From: Rhizodiscina lignyota
Lineage: Eukaryota
Assembly (NCBI GenBank): GCA_010015805.1
Contig: ML978128.1
Location: 248,001 to 312,000 of the forward strand
DNA length: 64,000 nt
Reading direction: 5' to 3'
The stretch's first letter is position 1. Each line of letters begins with the position of its first letter. Of the stretch, positions 1 to 10,500 are shown one piece after another. Both the position numbers and the translations under genes were made by a program. Below the pieces are notes generated by a model. The model did not search any database and was not told the DNA's origin. It was given only the letters and a program-made list of their open reading frames with translations.

Positions 1-667
1 GCGCAAAGAGGAAATCAGGAAGATCAAGGAGGCAGAGGAAGATGCTATGGCTACAGCGCTCGGCTTGCCACCACCAAATAGAGCGAAGGACAACCCAAAT
101 ATCGTCGAACTCGGTCCCAGCAAGATTGCTCAACCTGCTGCAGAAGAAAGGGCCCTGAGGAGGGAAGAGCCTCAACGTGAGGAGGTTAGGCATCGACGCC
201 ACAGAGATGACGATCGGGAGTATGACCGCCGTGAGCGGCGAAAGAGGGAGGACGATAGGGAGCGATACAGACGGAGGAGTCGCAGCCGCTCGCCTAGGCA
301 GCATGACCGACGACGAGAGGATGATCGCGTTCGCCGACGAGATGCTCGATCAAGGTCTCGATCACCACATGAGAGCAGGGACAAGCACAGAAGACGTTCT
401 CGTTCACGCTCAATATCTCAAGACCGTCGCGCACCAAGGAGAAACCGATCGCCTAACGTGGACCGATACAGAGAGAGAAGTCCGATGTGGCGGAAGCGAC
501 GCAGAGAAGAGTTGGACAGCGATTCTCAGGCAACATCTCCTTCCCCTCAACGAGACGAAGGTCGTCGCCAGAGGGAAGAATACCCGCAGGACAACAGGAG
601 GCGAGATGGGAGGAGGAACCTGAACGAGTCAAGACCTGACGCAAGGCACGACTACAAACGTCGATGA
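1..667 (+). CDS. 3' part of an MMTAG2-like (multiple myeloma tumor-associated protein 2 / 'kinase phosphorylation protein') RS/RD-rich nuclear protein; 5' end lies outside the window
   Basis: Frame open from base 2: RKEEIRKIKEAEEDAMATALGLPPP, followed by an Arg/Ser/Asp-rich tail (RSRSRSP repeats); stop at 665-667. Confidence 0.65.
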   Translation, partial: RKEEIRKIKEAEEDAMATALGLPPPNRAKDNPNIVELGPSKIAQPAAEERALRREEPQREEVRHRRHRDDDREYDRRERRKREDDRERYRRRSRSRSPRQHDRRREDDRVRRRDARSRSRSPHESRDKHRRRSRSRSISQDRRAPRRNRSPNVDRYRERSPMWRKRRREELDSDSQATSPSPQRDEGRRQREEYPQDNRRRDGRRNLNESRPDARHDYKRR

Positions 668-1468
668 GGGGCTCTTCCAATTGATGACATCAAATTTCAA
701 CACCTCTGACAAACTTGTTTTCCTCCAAAGTGTCTGCTCGGAGATGTTCATCTTGGCCTTGGAAACATTGCAATGTTTCCAGCGGCCGTCAACCACATAT
801 CATGCCGCACCTACGATAGATTGTTTTCTGTAAACGATTGCGGCTCAACAGTCATGCGCACGAACTGTGCCTGCACATTCAGGCTATTTGATTTGTTTTC
901 TGGGTTTCGCTTGGGTGCCGCTACTGGCAGGATGCTGGAACAGAAGACGTCTCGACCTTGGCGCATACGGCCAACCTGCTGTCACGTTTCAAGTAAACGT
1001 CGTTTGTCACCTGTCGCTGCCGATTCTTGCAGGAAACAGCCAACACCTTATTTATTCAGGCCCGCAGTCAAAGGCTCGGCACACTTTATTCGGAATTCGT
1101 CACTCTAAACTATCGTGTTGTCCTCTCCTTTTGTCACCGCAACTAATTCCCGCGGCGCCCTACCGATTGTGCCCTAGGGCGTGTAGTCTCAAACCTAGTG
1201 ATATAGAGGGGCTAGCAAGCATGAGAAAATGTGTTCAGTTTTTGATTAATTGATCAGGTGGTTGACCTCCTGATGTGAACTCCTCGAACTAAGTCACTCG
1301 CGAGAGCTCATCGCAAGATAAATATCGAGCGTTTCCGGGCCTCAGTCTCTACTTTCTCAATCACTCGTTCCAGCCATTCATTTCTTGGGACTGCTCACCT
1401 TCGTTCTACGCCATTTACCACAATACAATATTCAGTTTTTTTTATCTTCGGCTCCACAAGCTATCAAG

Positions 1469-2407
1469 ATGCTCAGCCACAAGACGCTCACACTTGTCTT
1501 CTCAGTTTTGATCACACTCCCTCGATACACCGCCGCTCACGGCTACGTACAGTCCATTGTCGTTAATGGCAAATCTTTTCCTGGATTCAATCCTTCCGAC
1601 ATCTACCAAAACCCAGCCCCAGCCGTTGCTGGATGGACCGCCGGCAATCAAGACAACGGTTTCGTCGCTCCAGACGGGGGTGACGACGTGATCTGCCACA
1701 AGAATGCTACGCCGGGACAGGCTTATGTTACAGCCAATGCCGGTGATATTGTCGGCTTCCAGTGGAACACGTGGCCAACTTCGCACCACGGTCCTATGCT
1801 CGATTACATCGCAAGCTGCGACGGCGAGTGCACCACTGCCGACAAGACCACGCTTTCCTTTGCCAAGCTCGATGCCGTTGGACTCATCTCTGGCTCTAAC
1901 CCTGGAACCTGGGGCGACGATGAGATGATCGCGAATAACTTCACCTGGAATCTACAGCTACCTACCACATTGGCTAGCGGCAACTACGTGATCCGCCATG
2001 AAACTATCGCACTTCACCAGGCGCAACAGCCTGACGGCGCGCAGCTGTATCCGCAGTGTGTCAACTTCAAGGTAACTGGCACAGGCGACGCAGTCCCAAG
2101 TGGCGTGCCAGGTACCCAGATCTACCCAGATCCCAGCGACCCCGGTCTCACGTTCAATCTGTACACGACATTCGACAGCTACACCCCTCCTGGTCCACCA
2201 GTTTGGAGTGCCGCTGCTCCGCCTGCCGCTCAAGGAGCTGGTGGCTCTGCAGCGCCGTCCGGAAGCGCAGCGTCATCTGCACCAGCTGCTTCGGCTGCAT
2301 CTACCGCTACGCCTACAACTATGCAGACTGTTGCAAGTCTGTCGAGTGCTGCTGCGGTAGCGACTGGAGAGTCCGCATGCTCATCGAAGAAGAAGCTGAA
2401 GTTCTAA
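1469..2407 (+). CDS. AA9 (GH61) lytic polysaccharide monooxygenase, secreted, with Ala/Ser/Thr-rich C-terminal extension and no CBM
   Basis: Signal peptide ending TAA|HGYV gives His1 of the histidine brace; motifs ICHK, SHHGPMLDY, GNYVIRHETIALH, GAQLYPQC; intronless. Confidence 0.95.
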   Translation: MLSHKTLTLVFSVLITLPRYTAAHGYVQSIVVNGKSFPGFNPSDIYQNPAPAVAGWTAGNQDNGFVAPDGGDDVICHKNATPGQAYVTANAGDIVGFQWNTWPTSHHGPMLDYIASCDGECTTADKTTLSFAKLDAVGLISGSNPGTWGDDEMIANNFTWNLQLPTTLASGNYVIRHETIALHQAQQPDGAQLYPQCVNFKVTGTGDAVPSGVPGTQIYPDPSDPGLTFNLYTTFDSYTPPGPPVWSAAAPPAAQGAGGSAAPSGSAASSAPAASAASTATPTTMQTVASLSSAAAVATGESACSSKKKLKF

Positions 2408-2756
2408 ATTCCCTGTATATATTATTTGGATGATTTGGTCTCTGAATGTGATATGATGATGATGACGGAGAAAGGTGTATATAGATTGGACAATTTATAC
2501 TAGGGTTTTCACAGCTTCTCTTTTGATAATGCCTTCGCATGCTTCGCATCCCTGAATATAAAATCCCCGATGCGGCAAACCTCGGCAATTGGAGAGACTT
2601 CATGATATCCTTCCTTTCTTAGAAGGATGCGCCTTCATGCACATCTCTCGTCAGAACTTCTTTAATTCTTGTAAAAATGTTCTCACTGTCATAATAAGAC
2701 AGCCTCGTACAGTCCTCAATCCTCGAAGACGCTGCCAATTAGCGCTCCAGAGCGCG

Positions 2757-4023
2757 ATGATGTCTAATATGTCTTCGCAACATCCACCTCCGAAGTACAT
2801 TCTCTCGTTCCTATACTTACCATTATAAGAATATAAATCGAGAATGAGTAACTGATAGACTACCTTCTCCATAGGGAGAAGCCGGTTCATATACTAGTTG
2901 TCGGCGCGGGTGCAATTGGCTGTTTCTACGCGTCGCGATTACACCATGTAAGCTATCCTATAGCTATCAATGCCGCTATCATTCTCTATAGAAAATCCTG
3001 ACAATTTTGCGACAGCCTTCCAAAAACATATATGTATCCCTCGTTTGCCGCTCCAACTACTCTATCGTCGCGCGTTCTGGCGTGCAGATGAAAACTCGTA
3101 CTTTCGGCGATTACACCTTCACGCCTGCCGCTGCCTATCCATCTATCCCAGCCGCCGCATCCTCATCCTCCGCTCCAAAAGATGGCTGGGACTACATATT
3201 TGTGACCACCAAAGCGCTGCCGGACATTGTGGACGATGCAGCAGAAATCGAGCCGTTGGTTAGGAAAGGACCAGACGGCAAGAGCTGTATAGTGCTGATA
3301 CAAAATGGCGTGGGTGTTGAGGAGCCGCACCGGAAAAGATTTCCAAATAATCCTTTAGTGAGCGTGGTCACGATCGTCAGCGCCGAACAGATCAGTCAAG
3401 GGGTGGTGCGGCAGAACCGCTGGACACGTACATCGCTCGGTCCTTACAGCGACGGTCTTGGTGGGCGCACAGCTGAGGGAAAGGAGCTAGCAAGGAGAGG
3501 ACAGGCATGCACAGATGATGTGGTCGATCTGTTGACAAGATACGGCGGAATCCGAGACGCAGAGAGCTACGACGAGATAGGGATGCAGCAAGTCCGCTGG
3601 CACAAAGTCTGCATCAACGCTGCCAACAATCCGTCTTCAGTCTTGTCTGGGGGTCGAGGCAGCGCAAATATGGTCATGGACCCTGATCTACGGCTGCATT
3701 TAAAGGGGTGCATGGAAGAGGTGTTCGAGGCCGCAGAGCATGTGCTGGGAGAACCCTTCCCCGCAAAGCTGGCGAAGCCGGAGAGAATATTGACAAGCAC
3801 GGAGAGGAATACGGATGGACGCCCGAGCATGTTAGTAGATTGGATACATGGGCGGCCGATGGAGCTAGAGGTCATTCTGGGGAATCCAGTGCGTATTGCG
3901 CGGGAGAGGGGGTATGAGATGAAAAGACTGCAAACGTTGTATGCTTTGTTGAAGAGTGCGCAGAAGATGAGAAAGGAGAGTACGGAGCAAGACGCAAAGA
4001 GACAAAATGGCGCAAAGTTGTGA
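2757..4023 (+). CDS. 2-dehydropantoate 2-reductase (ketopantoate reductase PanE/ApbA family)
   Basis: Exon with ILVVGAGAIGCFYASRL (Rossmann fold), intron GTAAGC at about 2948-3016, then FVTTKA, LIQNGVGVE, RWHKVCINAANNP, PSMLVD, MELEVILGNP; a further short 5' intron (about 2795-2873) is inferred, so the start is approximate. Confidence 0.88.
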
Positions 4024-4816
4024 TGAGAGGATGGGAGAGCAGTGGTTGAGGAACCTTTGGGAGAGCTATAAAGACTTCTACTGTACAGATCGTAAACAAG
4101 TTACAAGATACCATGAATTAAATATCTGGACTCCGAGCATCATATCAGTACTTTCTATCACAGTTTCCGCCGCTGCTCAATCTTGTTGCTGGATTGTGGC
4201 TAAATTTAGTAACTGGAACTTGCACTCAAGAAAGAAAAAGAAGACTACGAAGCACGGGACAGGAATGTAAAACGCTGCTCAATGGAGACATACACGAGGC
4301 AAACACTTGGTTATTTCATTCCAATCCGCACTGCTTTCCCTACTCTTTGATACACCTCTTAACGCGGTGTCTTATCTCAGGGCCAGGGTTTATGCATGTG
4401 CTCCCCAGAAGGGTCTTGCGTGCATCCAAGGGTTGCCTGTGTCACCAATGGCTGGCAGGTGACGCGCGACAGGATCTGCCGGCCCGCCGAAGACATGCAG
4501 GCATTTTTCAGTCCCTGCATTGCGATGTGATGTGATTTTCTCCTTCCGTCCCATAGATTTTCTCCGCCTCTTTCTGTGCCTCACTGTGCCTCTCTGCGAC
4601 TCTATCTTGGCACTGAGGGCATTTTGGCCCTCTCAAGCGCTTCGCATCGCCAATTCTGCTTATCATTCTACTATATAATCCGAGTCAGAGGCCCGGTGGA
4701 TCCGCAAAGATCACCACTCTCCATGCATGTCGACTGACTCGAACATTTCGATGCGGAAGATGAATTTGGCTACGGAGCATTTCGACCACCATTAAAACAA
4801 CAATTCATCACTCAAC

Positions 4817-7504
4817 ATGGTCGTGAGGAACCAGAATGAATCTCAGCAGCCCGGACAGTGTAGTGATGGAAGCCAGGGACAAGACAAAGAAGAAGTTGAG
4901 GGTCCAGAGAATCGACTACGCATCCTGTTCATCGATGCGTACGATTCGTTTTCCAATAACATCATTGCACTTCTATCAGAATGCCTTGATACTACCGCTA
5001 ATCCATACTCTATCAAGAGTATAAAAATAAACGATCGAGAATTCTTCAAGAAAAGCCGCCACGCATTTCACGAGTATCTGGCAAACTCTTTCGATGCCGT
5101 TGTCGTGGGACCAGGACCAGGAAATCCAACGAAACCGAGCGACGTCGGCATCATCCGTTATCTATGGAGCTTGAGCGATGAACGGACCCTTCCAGTGCTG
5201 GGCATCTGCCTCGGGTTTCAATGCATGTGCATCGCTGCCGGTGCAGGCATTCGTCATCTTCGTAAACCGCGCCATGGCCAGATTACTGAGGTCGTTCATT
5301 CTAACAAGTCCATCTTTGCTGGTGTCGGAGAAATCAAGGCCACGCAATATCACTCATTGCATGTGGGTCTGGACCATGACATCCAGATTAAGAAGGAGGT
5401 GAAGGTGAATAGTGATCTCTGGGAGCCTTCAGACGAATTTCCACTCCTTGAGCCTTTAGCTTGGGACAGCAGTGACAAACCGAACGGTGCCGTATTGATG
5501 GCGGCAAAGCTCAGGGGGAGACCGTTCTGGGGTGTTCAGTATCATCCAGAAAGCATATGCACCAATGCTGAAGGGAAGAAAATCATCGATAATTGGCTGC
5601 GAGAAGCCAAGGCATGGCTACGACAAAACCGGCCAAAGGGCAAGGCACAAGCGGTCAGAACTGGCGTTTCATCACCAACATCATGGAAGAGAGCTGCTCC
5701 AAATGACGTGTCGGAAGACCAAGGACACGCAAAGAAGCAGCAGGTAGTAACGACAGAATCGTCAGATTCTGACTACGGGACGCCTAGTGATTCTTCCGAT
5801 GAGAGTGAAGACGGGAACAAGCATGAAGACGATGACGAAGCCGTACACCTAAACTCCACGCAAATCGAGACGATGCCGGCGCGGTATGGCGGGTTTACCT
5901 ATTCTAAAGTCATCCAGCACAAGAGCTTCAATATGAGTGCACAATACCGCATCAGGGCCAATATCGTCCCATTTCTTGTAAAGTGTCTGTCTATGAACAC
6001 AAAGGAAGCTGTTGTTCTGCAGTCAGGAGTAGACGGCAATGGAATGCCATTGCACAAAGATACAGGAAGATTCAGCATCCTTGGCTTGGTTGATGAGAAG
6101 ACCATCAAGCTCCACTACTATATGTCAGAGAGGCGAGTTGTAGTAACCCGTGGCAGTGAGGACGATATCATTATGGAACATACGGAGGTAGACTTCTGGT
6201 CTCTTTTGGCCGATTTCAAGAGTCGTTTCGTAGCTGATGGAGGCGACGACAATGTGCCATTCTGGGGAGGTTGTTTCATGACTGTTAATTATGAGGCATG
6301 TCTGGAGACGATCGGTGTGAATGCTACAGAGCAAGAGATCAAACCCAGGGCGAATCAACTGACGCAACCGGATATCACTGTCGTCGTTATCCTCAGGAGT
6401 GTTGTTATCGATCATCAGTACAAGAAGGTGTTCGTACAGAGCATAACTCCTGGCGATCAGAAATGGTTGAGGAGAACCGGGAATAAGCTGAAAGAGAGTA
6501 TGGAAGTATCGGAAGCGAAGTTTGAAAGGTATTACATGAGAGATATGACGGGTGGCCGCTCAACGTGGAACTATGGGCGCGTAAGTACAGAGGAGCCGCA
6601 AGAAGAGGATTATAAGGGTAAGGTTCGACAATGTCAGGCATACATTCAAAGCGGAGATTCGTATGAGTTATGTCTGACTGATCAAACCGTTGTCCATGTC
6701 CCACAGGCTGGGAATGTTGTCGCAAAAGACTGGCAGCTGTATGAGAATCTTCAAAAGCAAAACCCTGCACCATTTGGAGCATACGTGCACTTGGGAGCCA
6801 AAGGAACAGGATTGACTATCATAAGCAGCAGCCCTGAACGGTTCTTCAACTGGAGCAGAAGCGGCAAGTGTCAATTTCGACCTATCAAAGGCACGATGCG
6901 AAAGACAGCAGGAACGACCCGCCGCGATGCTGATGAGTTCTTCCAATCTGTCAAGGAGCGTGCGGAACTGCTTATGATTACGGACCTCATGCGCCACGAC
7001 CTCCAAGGTGTTCTCAGCGACACGGCCGGTGCTGGAACCGTAAAAGTACCAAAGGTCTTCCATATCGAGGAACACCAAACCGTATACCAGCAAATGTCCG
7101 TCATCACAGGCAACCTTCGCGGCACGGGAAAGACGGGAATCGATGTCCTCCGCGCCAGCCTGCCTCCTGGCTCCATGACCGGCGCACCGAAAAAGCGTTC
7201 ATGTGAACTACTCCAACAGATCGAAGGATATCGCGCTCGCGGGCTATATTCTGGTATATTGGGGCATTTCGATGTCGGTGGAGGAGGAGACTTTTCGGTT
7301 GTAATTCGCACGGCCGTGAAATGGGATGAGGACACGACGATGGAGGAGCCTCGCAGACCGGGCTGTGCACCAGTTGCCATGGGCAAGTGGCGTATCGGTG
7401 CTGGAGGTGCGGTTACGGCGCTCAGCACGCCGAAGGATGAGTTCGAGGAGATGGTTGTGAAGCGCAATTCCGTGCTACATCCGATGCTGAATTTGTTGCA
7501 GTAA
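4817..7504 (+). CDS. ABZ1: Aminodeoxychorismate (para-aminobenzoate) synthase, fused PabA-PabB
   Basis: IDAYDSF, VGPGPGNP, LGICLGFQ, QYHSL, GVQYHPES glutamine amidotransferase motifs; GDSYELCLT, NPAPF, SSSPERF, RPIKGT, PPGSMTGAPK, GAGGAVT chorismate-binding motifs; 895-aa intronless ORF. Confidence 0.96.
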   Translation: MVVRNQNESQQPGQCSDGSQGQDKEEVEGPENRLRILFIDAYDSFSNNIIALLSECLDTTANPYSIKSIKINDREFFKKSRHAFHEYLANSFDAVVVGPGPGNPTKPSDVGIIRYLWSLSDERTLPVLGICLGFQCMCIAAGAGIRHLRKPRHGQITEVVHSNKSIFAGVGEIKATQYHSLHVGLDHDIQIKKEVKVNSDLWEPSDEFPLLEPLAWDSSDKPNGAVLMAAKLRGRPFWGVQYHPESICTNAEGKKIIDNWLREAKAWLRQNRPKGKAQAVRTGVSSPTSWKRAAPNDVSEDQGHAKKQQVVTTESSDSDYGTPSDSSDESEDGNKHEDDDEAVHLNSTQIETMPARYGGFTYSKVIQHKSFNMSAQYRIRANIVPFLVKCLSMNTKEAVVLQSGVDGNGMPLHKDTGRFSILGLVDEKTIKLHYYMSERRVVVTRGSEDDIIMEHTEVDFWSLLADFKSRFVADGGDDNVPFWGGCFMTVNYEACLETIGVNATEQEIKPRANQLTQPDITVVVILRSVVIDHQYKKVFVQSITPGDQKWLRRTGNKLKESMEVSEAKFERYYMRDMTGGRSTWNYGRVSTEEPQEEDYKGKVRQCQAYIQSGDSYELCLTDQTVVHVPQAGNVVAKDWQLYENLQKQNPAPFGAYVHLGAKGTGLTIISSSPERFFNWSRSGKCQFRPIKGTMRKTAGTTRRDADEFFQSVKERAELLMITDLMRHDLQGVLSDTAGAGTVKVPKVFHIEEHQTVYQQMSVITGNLRGTGKTGIDVLRASLPPGSMTGAPKKRSCELLQQIEGYRARGLYSGILGHFDVGGGGDFSVVIRTAVKWDEDTTMEEPRRPGCAPVAMGKWRIGAGGAVTALSTPKDEFEEMVVKRNSVLHPMLNLLQ

Positions 7505-10500
7505 GCGTAGAGGAAGGAATAGAGATGGAAGCATGTCACTTGAAAAAGACGCCAGGGCTGTCTATAGATCTGCATTGGGACACGCAAGCAATTGCTGGTC
7601 TGTTTCGATTGGTTTGTGGTCTAGTGTAGCGTACCTTTCTCAACTCCAAAAGGAAGAATATTCAACATGAAATTTCTGGTTGGATGATTGAGCCGTATCT
7701 CTGATGTTCTGAATCATATACTAATATCTCGTCAGGCCTTTATAGCTGTCAACGCTCCCATCTCAACAGAGAGAAGGATGAGGCTACTGGCCTGGACCTT
7801 GAGCTCATTGAAACGGATGTGAAGCTGACCCCGACAGTCCCTGCATGCCTTTTTCCTTCTTCTTATCCGTCGCATCGTCTCTCGTTGGTGATTGATTGTT
7901 AAAATCGTCGTTTGCGATAGGTACGTGACAACGCAAAAGTTTGGTGACGCCGAAAGGATAGAGCTTTTGGCTAGATGATATTTTCGACTGCAGCACGTAA
8001 GTATCCCATGTAATTTATTGTATTCCAGTATTTCAGGACGTACCATATGCTTCTGTGTGACCATTAGTTTCAGCGTCCTGGTGCGAGGTGGCCGCTCTGT
8101 GGGCGCCTCACCGAATATGAGAAGCCAAACCGCCGGCGTGATATGGTGTTCAGCCTTTAGCAGCTTGAGACGCGGTCAACGCGAAACGCTCTGCAGATAA
8201 AGACGTAAAATCTGACATGTATACTGCGGCTTTCCTTAAACATAGTAGAAGACTTTCGTATGGGAGACATACGTCGGTAAATTTGATCACCATTGATCCC
8301 TCCTGGTTAAAATTGAAGAAAGCGGCTGTTGTAGGATCAAGCTTCAGAGGCCAGGAAAGCTCTCTGATGCCGCGTTTACTCAGAGATCATTATGGACCGG
8401 CACAGCGCGCACAAATAGACCACGAAATCTTAGAATCACAGCATGAAGGTCGACAGAAATGGGGCAGCAGCGCAAGACACCCAATCACACTATCACGTCG
8501 TTCAAAACTCATCAGCTGGTGGACGGGAAGAATCATGAATTTGTCTAGCCATAATAGCCATTGGAAACTATTGCTACTTTAAAGCTATCTAAACATCTAT
8601 CTGCCCCTCTTACAGGGCTCACTTCGATCATATCAACCGAAAACAAAGACTGGGTGAGGTTGGAATGATGGATTTGGGTGGACTGAGAAGAATATATCAT
8701 GAGCACTGAGAGTGGGGAGAATCTACAGAGCTCAAGACTTGACGGGCCACAATGTGAATGTGGCCCAAATGATATTGATCTACCCGTGTTCGAACTGTAT
8801 CGACCAAGATAGATGCAAGGTGATGGCGGCCCAAACAGGGTGTAGCAGTGGGCTAAGCCAATTCACCACTCATGTCTCCATGGACGCAGAGGCTCTGATT
8901 GGCGTAAGCACCTTTCAGGCTGTTTCAGACCTCGGTGGAGCACAGACAATCGGACCACTAAGGCCAGCAAAAAAAATTGTATGCCTGTGTTGGCACAGAG
9001 CTTGGACCCGCGTTTGATTCACAGATGTGGCGCAGGTCTCGCCCTTTAATCATCAGTGCCGATCCTCTGGGTATAAATACTTCCTAGGCCTCCCCTCTTT
9101 TCTTCCTCTTCATACTCAGAATGTCGGGGACACCGTGATCAAGAATACGGCTGTTCTATCACCCTGCCTGCACTGCACAACGCGGAGTAGGACCTGGTAT
9201 GAATCTCCTCTGGGCGGTTCACCGGCGTAATTTTTGCTGGCTACAATCACACTCTTTTCATTGATTCTTCTGCCTTGAGCAGGAGGTTGACGAAGAGATT
9301 TCTTCATTTGGAGAAGACCAAGACGCGTCACGCCCGGAACGAGGCTGGCTTAAGGAATGAAGATAGCAGAGATGCAATGTTTTTGTGTGTGTCAATTGGC
9401 GAAGGGATAAGCTTGATGTTGTGGACCAAGCTGGAATCGAAGAGCTGTGGACATTTCGCAAGTTGTTAGATTGACTCAGTAGCTGCGTAACTGGTAGCTA
9501 CGCAACTGGAAGAGCCAGTGTACAGGTAGACTGCCATCGATGCAGCCCCCAAGTATTCGTCGTCCGCCTGTTTCGTTGGGCATCATCAGAAAAGCAACCA
9601 TGATGCAGAGAACTGCGTGTGGTGTTCTAGTGCGAATGGAGTTCGAGGTATACCTAGAGCCTAACTACGGCATGTTCCGCCAAAACCCAGCTGGCTTGAC
9701 GTGGCTGGTGGGCCCAATCAGTGTGAATTTCTGAGATTCTCGTACAATGGCTCTTCCAGTGCCCCGTGAGACCATTCACTGAGAGCACTGGGCAAACCAT
9801 TGTGCTCCAGTTGGTGACTGACCGCGCTGCTTCAGGCTCTGCCATTGCTAGAGCACAGATGCATTCCTAAACGGCCGAGCTCGGTGAGCTTGCTGGCCAG
9901 TGGCGGACTCAGTGACCACCTTCTCTCAATTTGATTGGATGATAGGGCATGTGCGTGACTGTGTGTGGTTAGCCGGGGCGGAGATAAACTGTCGGCGCTA
10001 AGGTGGGACCCACTTATTCTGAGTATATAAACCTCCCTTCCTTCGGCCTCCGTTCCCTTTTCTTTCTTCAGCTCTCTTCGCCTTTGGCTTAGATCAGTAT
10101 GTTTATCTAAGGCAACCGAAACAGAAATGTTGTTGTATTATCTATCTTGGAAACGAGGTTACGGCCCCACATTCAAGATAGCTAAATTTTTTGTCACCCG
10201 AGTTTTCCTCTGTGCTTGCACAGTTGTCTTCTCCCACTGGGTCCCGGTATTGCACTACCTCCGGTTGACGCGGCAGCAATGTCGTTTTTTCATTCTGGCA
10301 TCTGTCTGGCACGGATCCTTGACGAAGAAAGTGACTGGAAATCATGTTGAAGAAGGCCATTGATATTGGGATTTCGTGATGTTGTCCGTGCCGTCGTAAG
10401 CTACAGCTGACAGTGTGCGAAGGACACCGTGAGAGTGCCGTCGCAGTGCTTGCCACTTGCCCGTAAGCTTCCTAATATAAGCTAAGCTTGGGTTGAGCTG

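Noticed and set aside
7732..8064. RRRKKACRDCR resembling the start of a Zn2Cys6 domain
   Set aside because: Only two Cys; the remaining four Cys of the binuclear cluster are absent and no splice path was found
9476..9510. Imperfect 15-bp direct/inverted repeat (tagctgcgtaactgg tagctacgcaactgg)
   Set aside because: Two copies only; compatible with a local duplication
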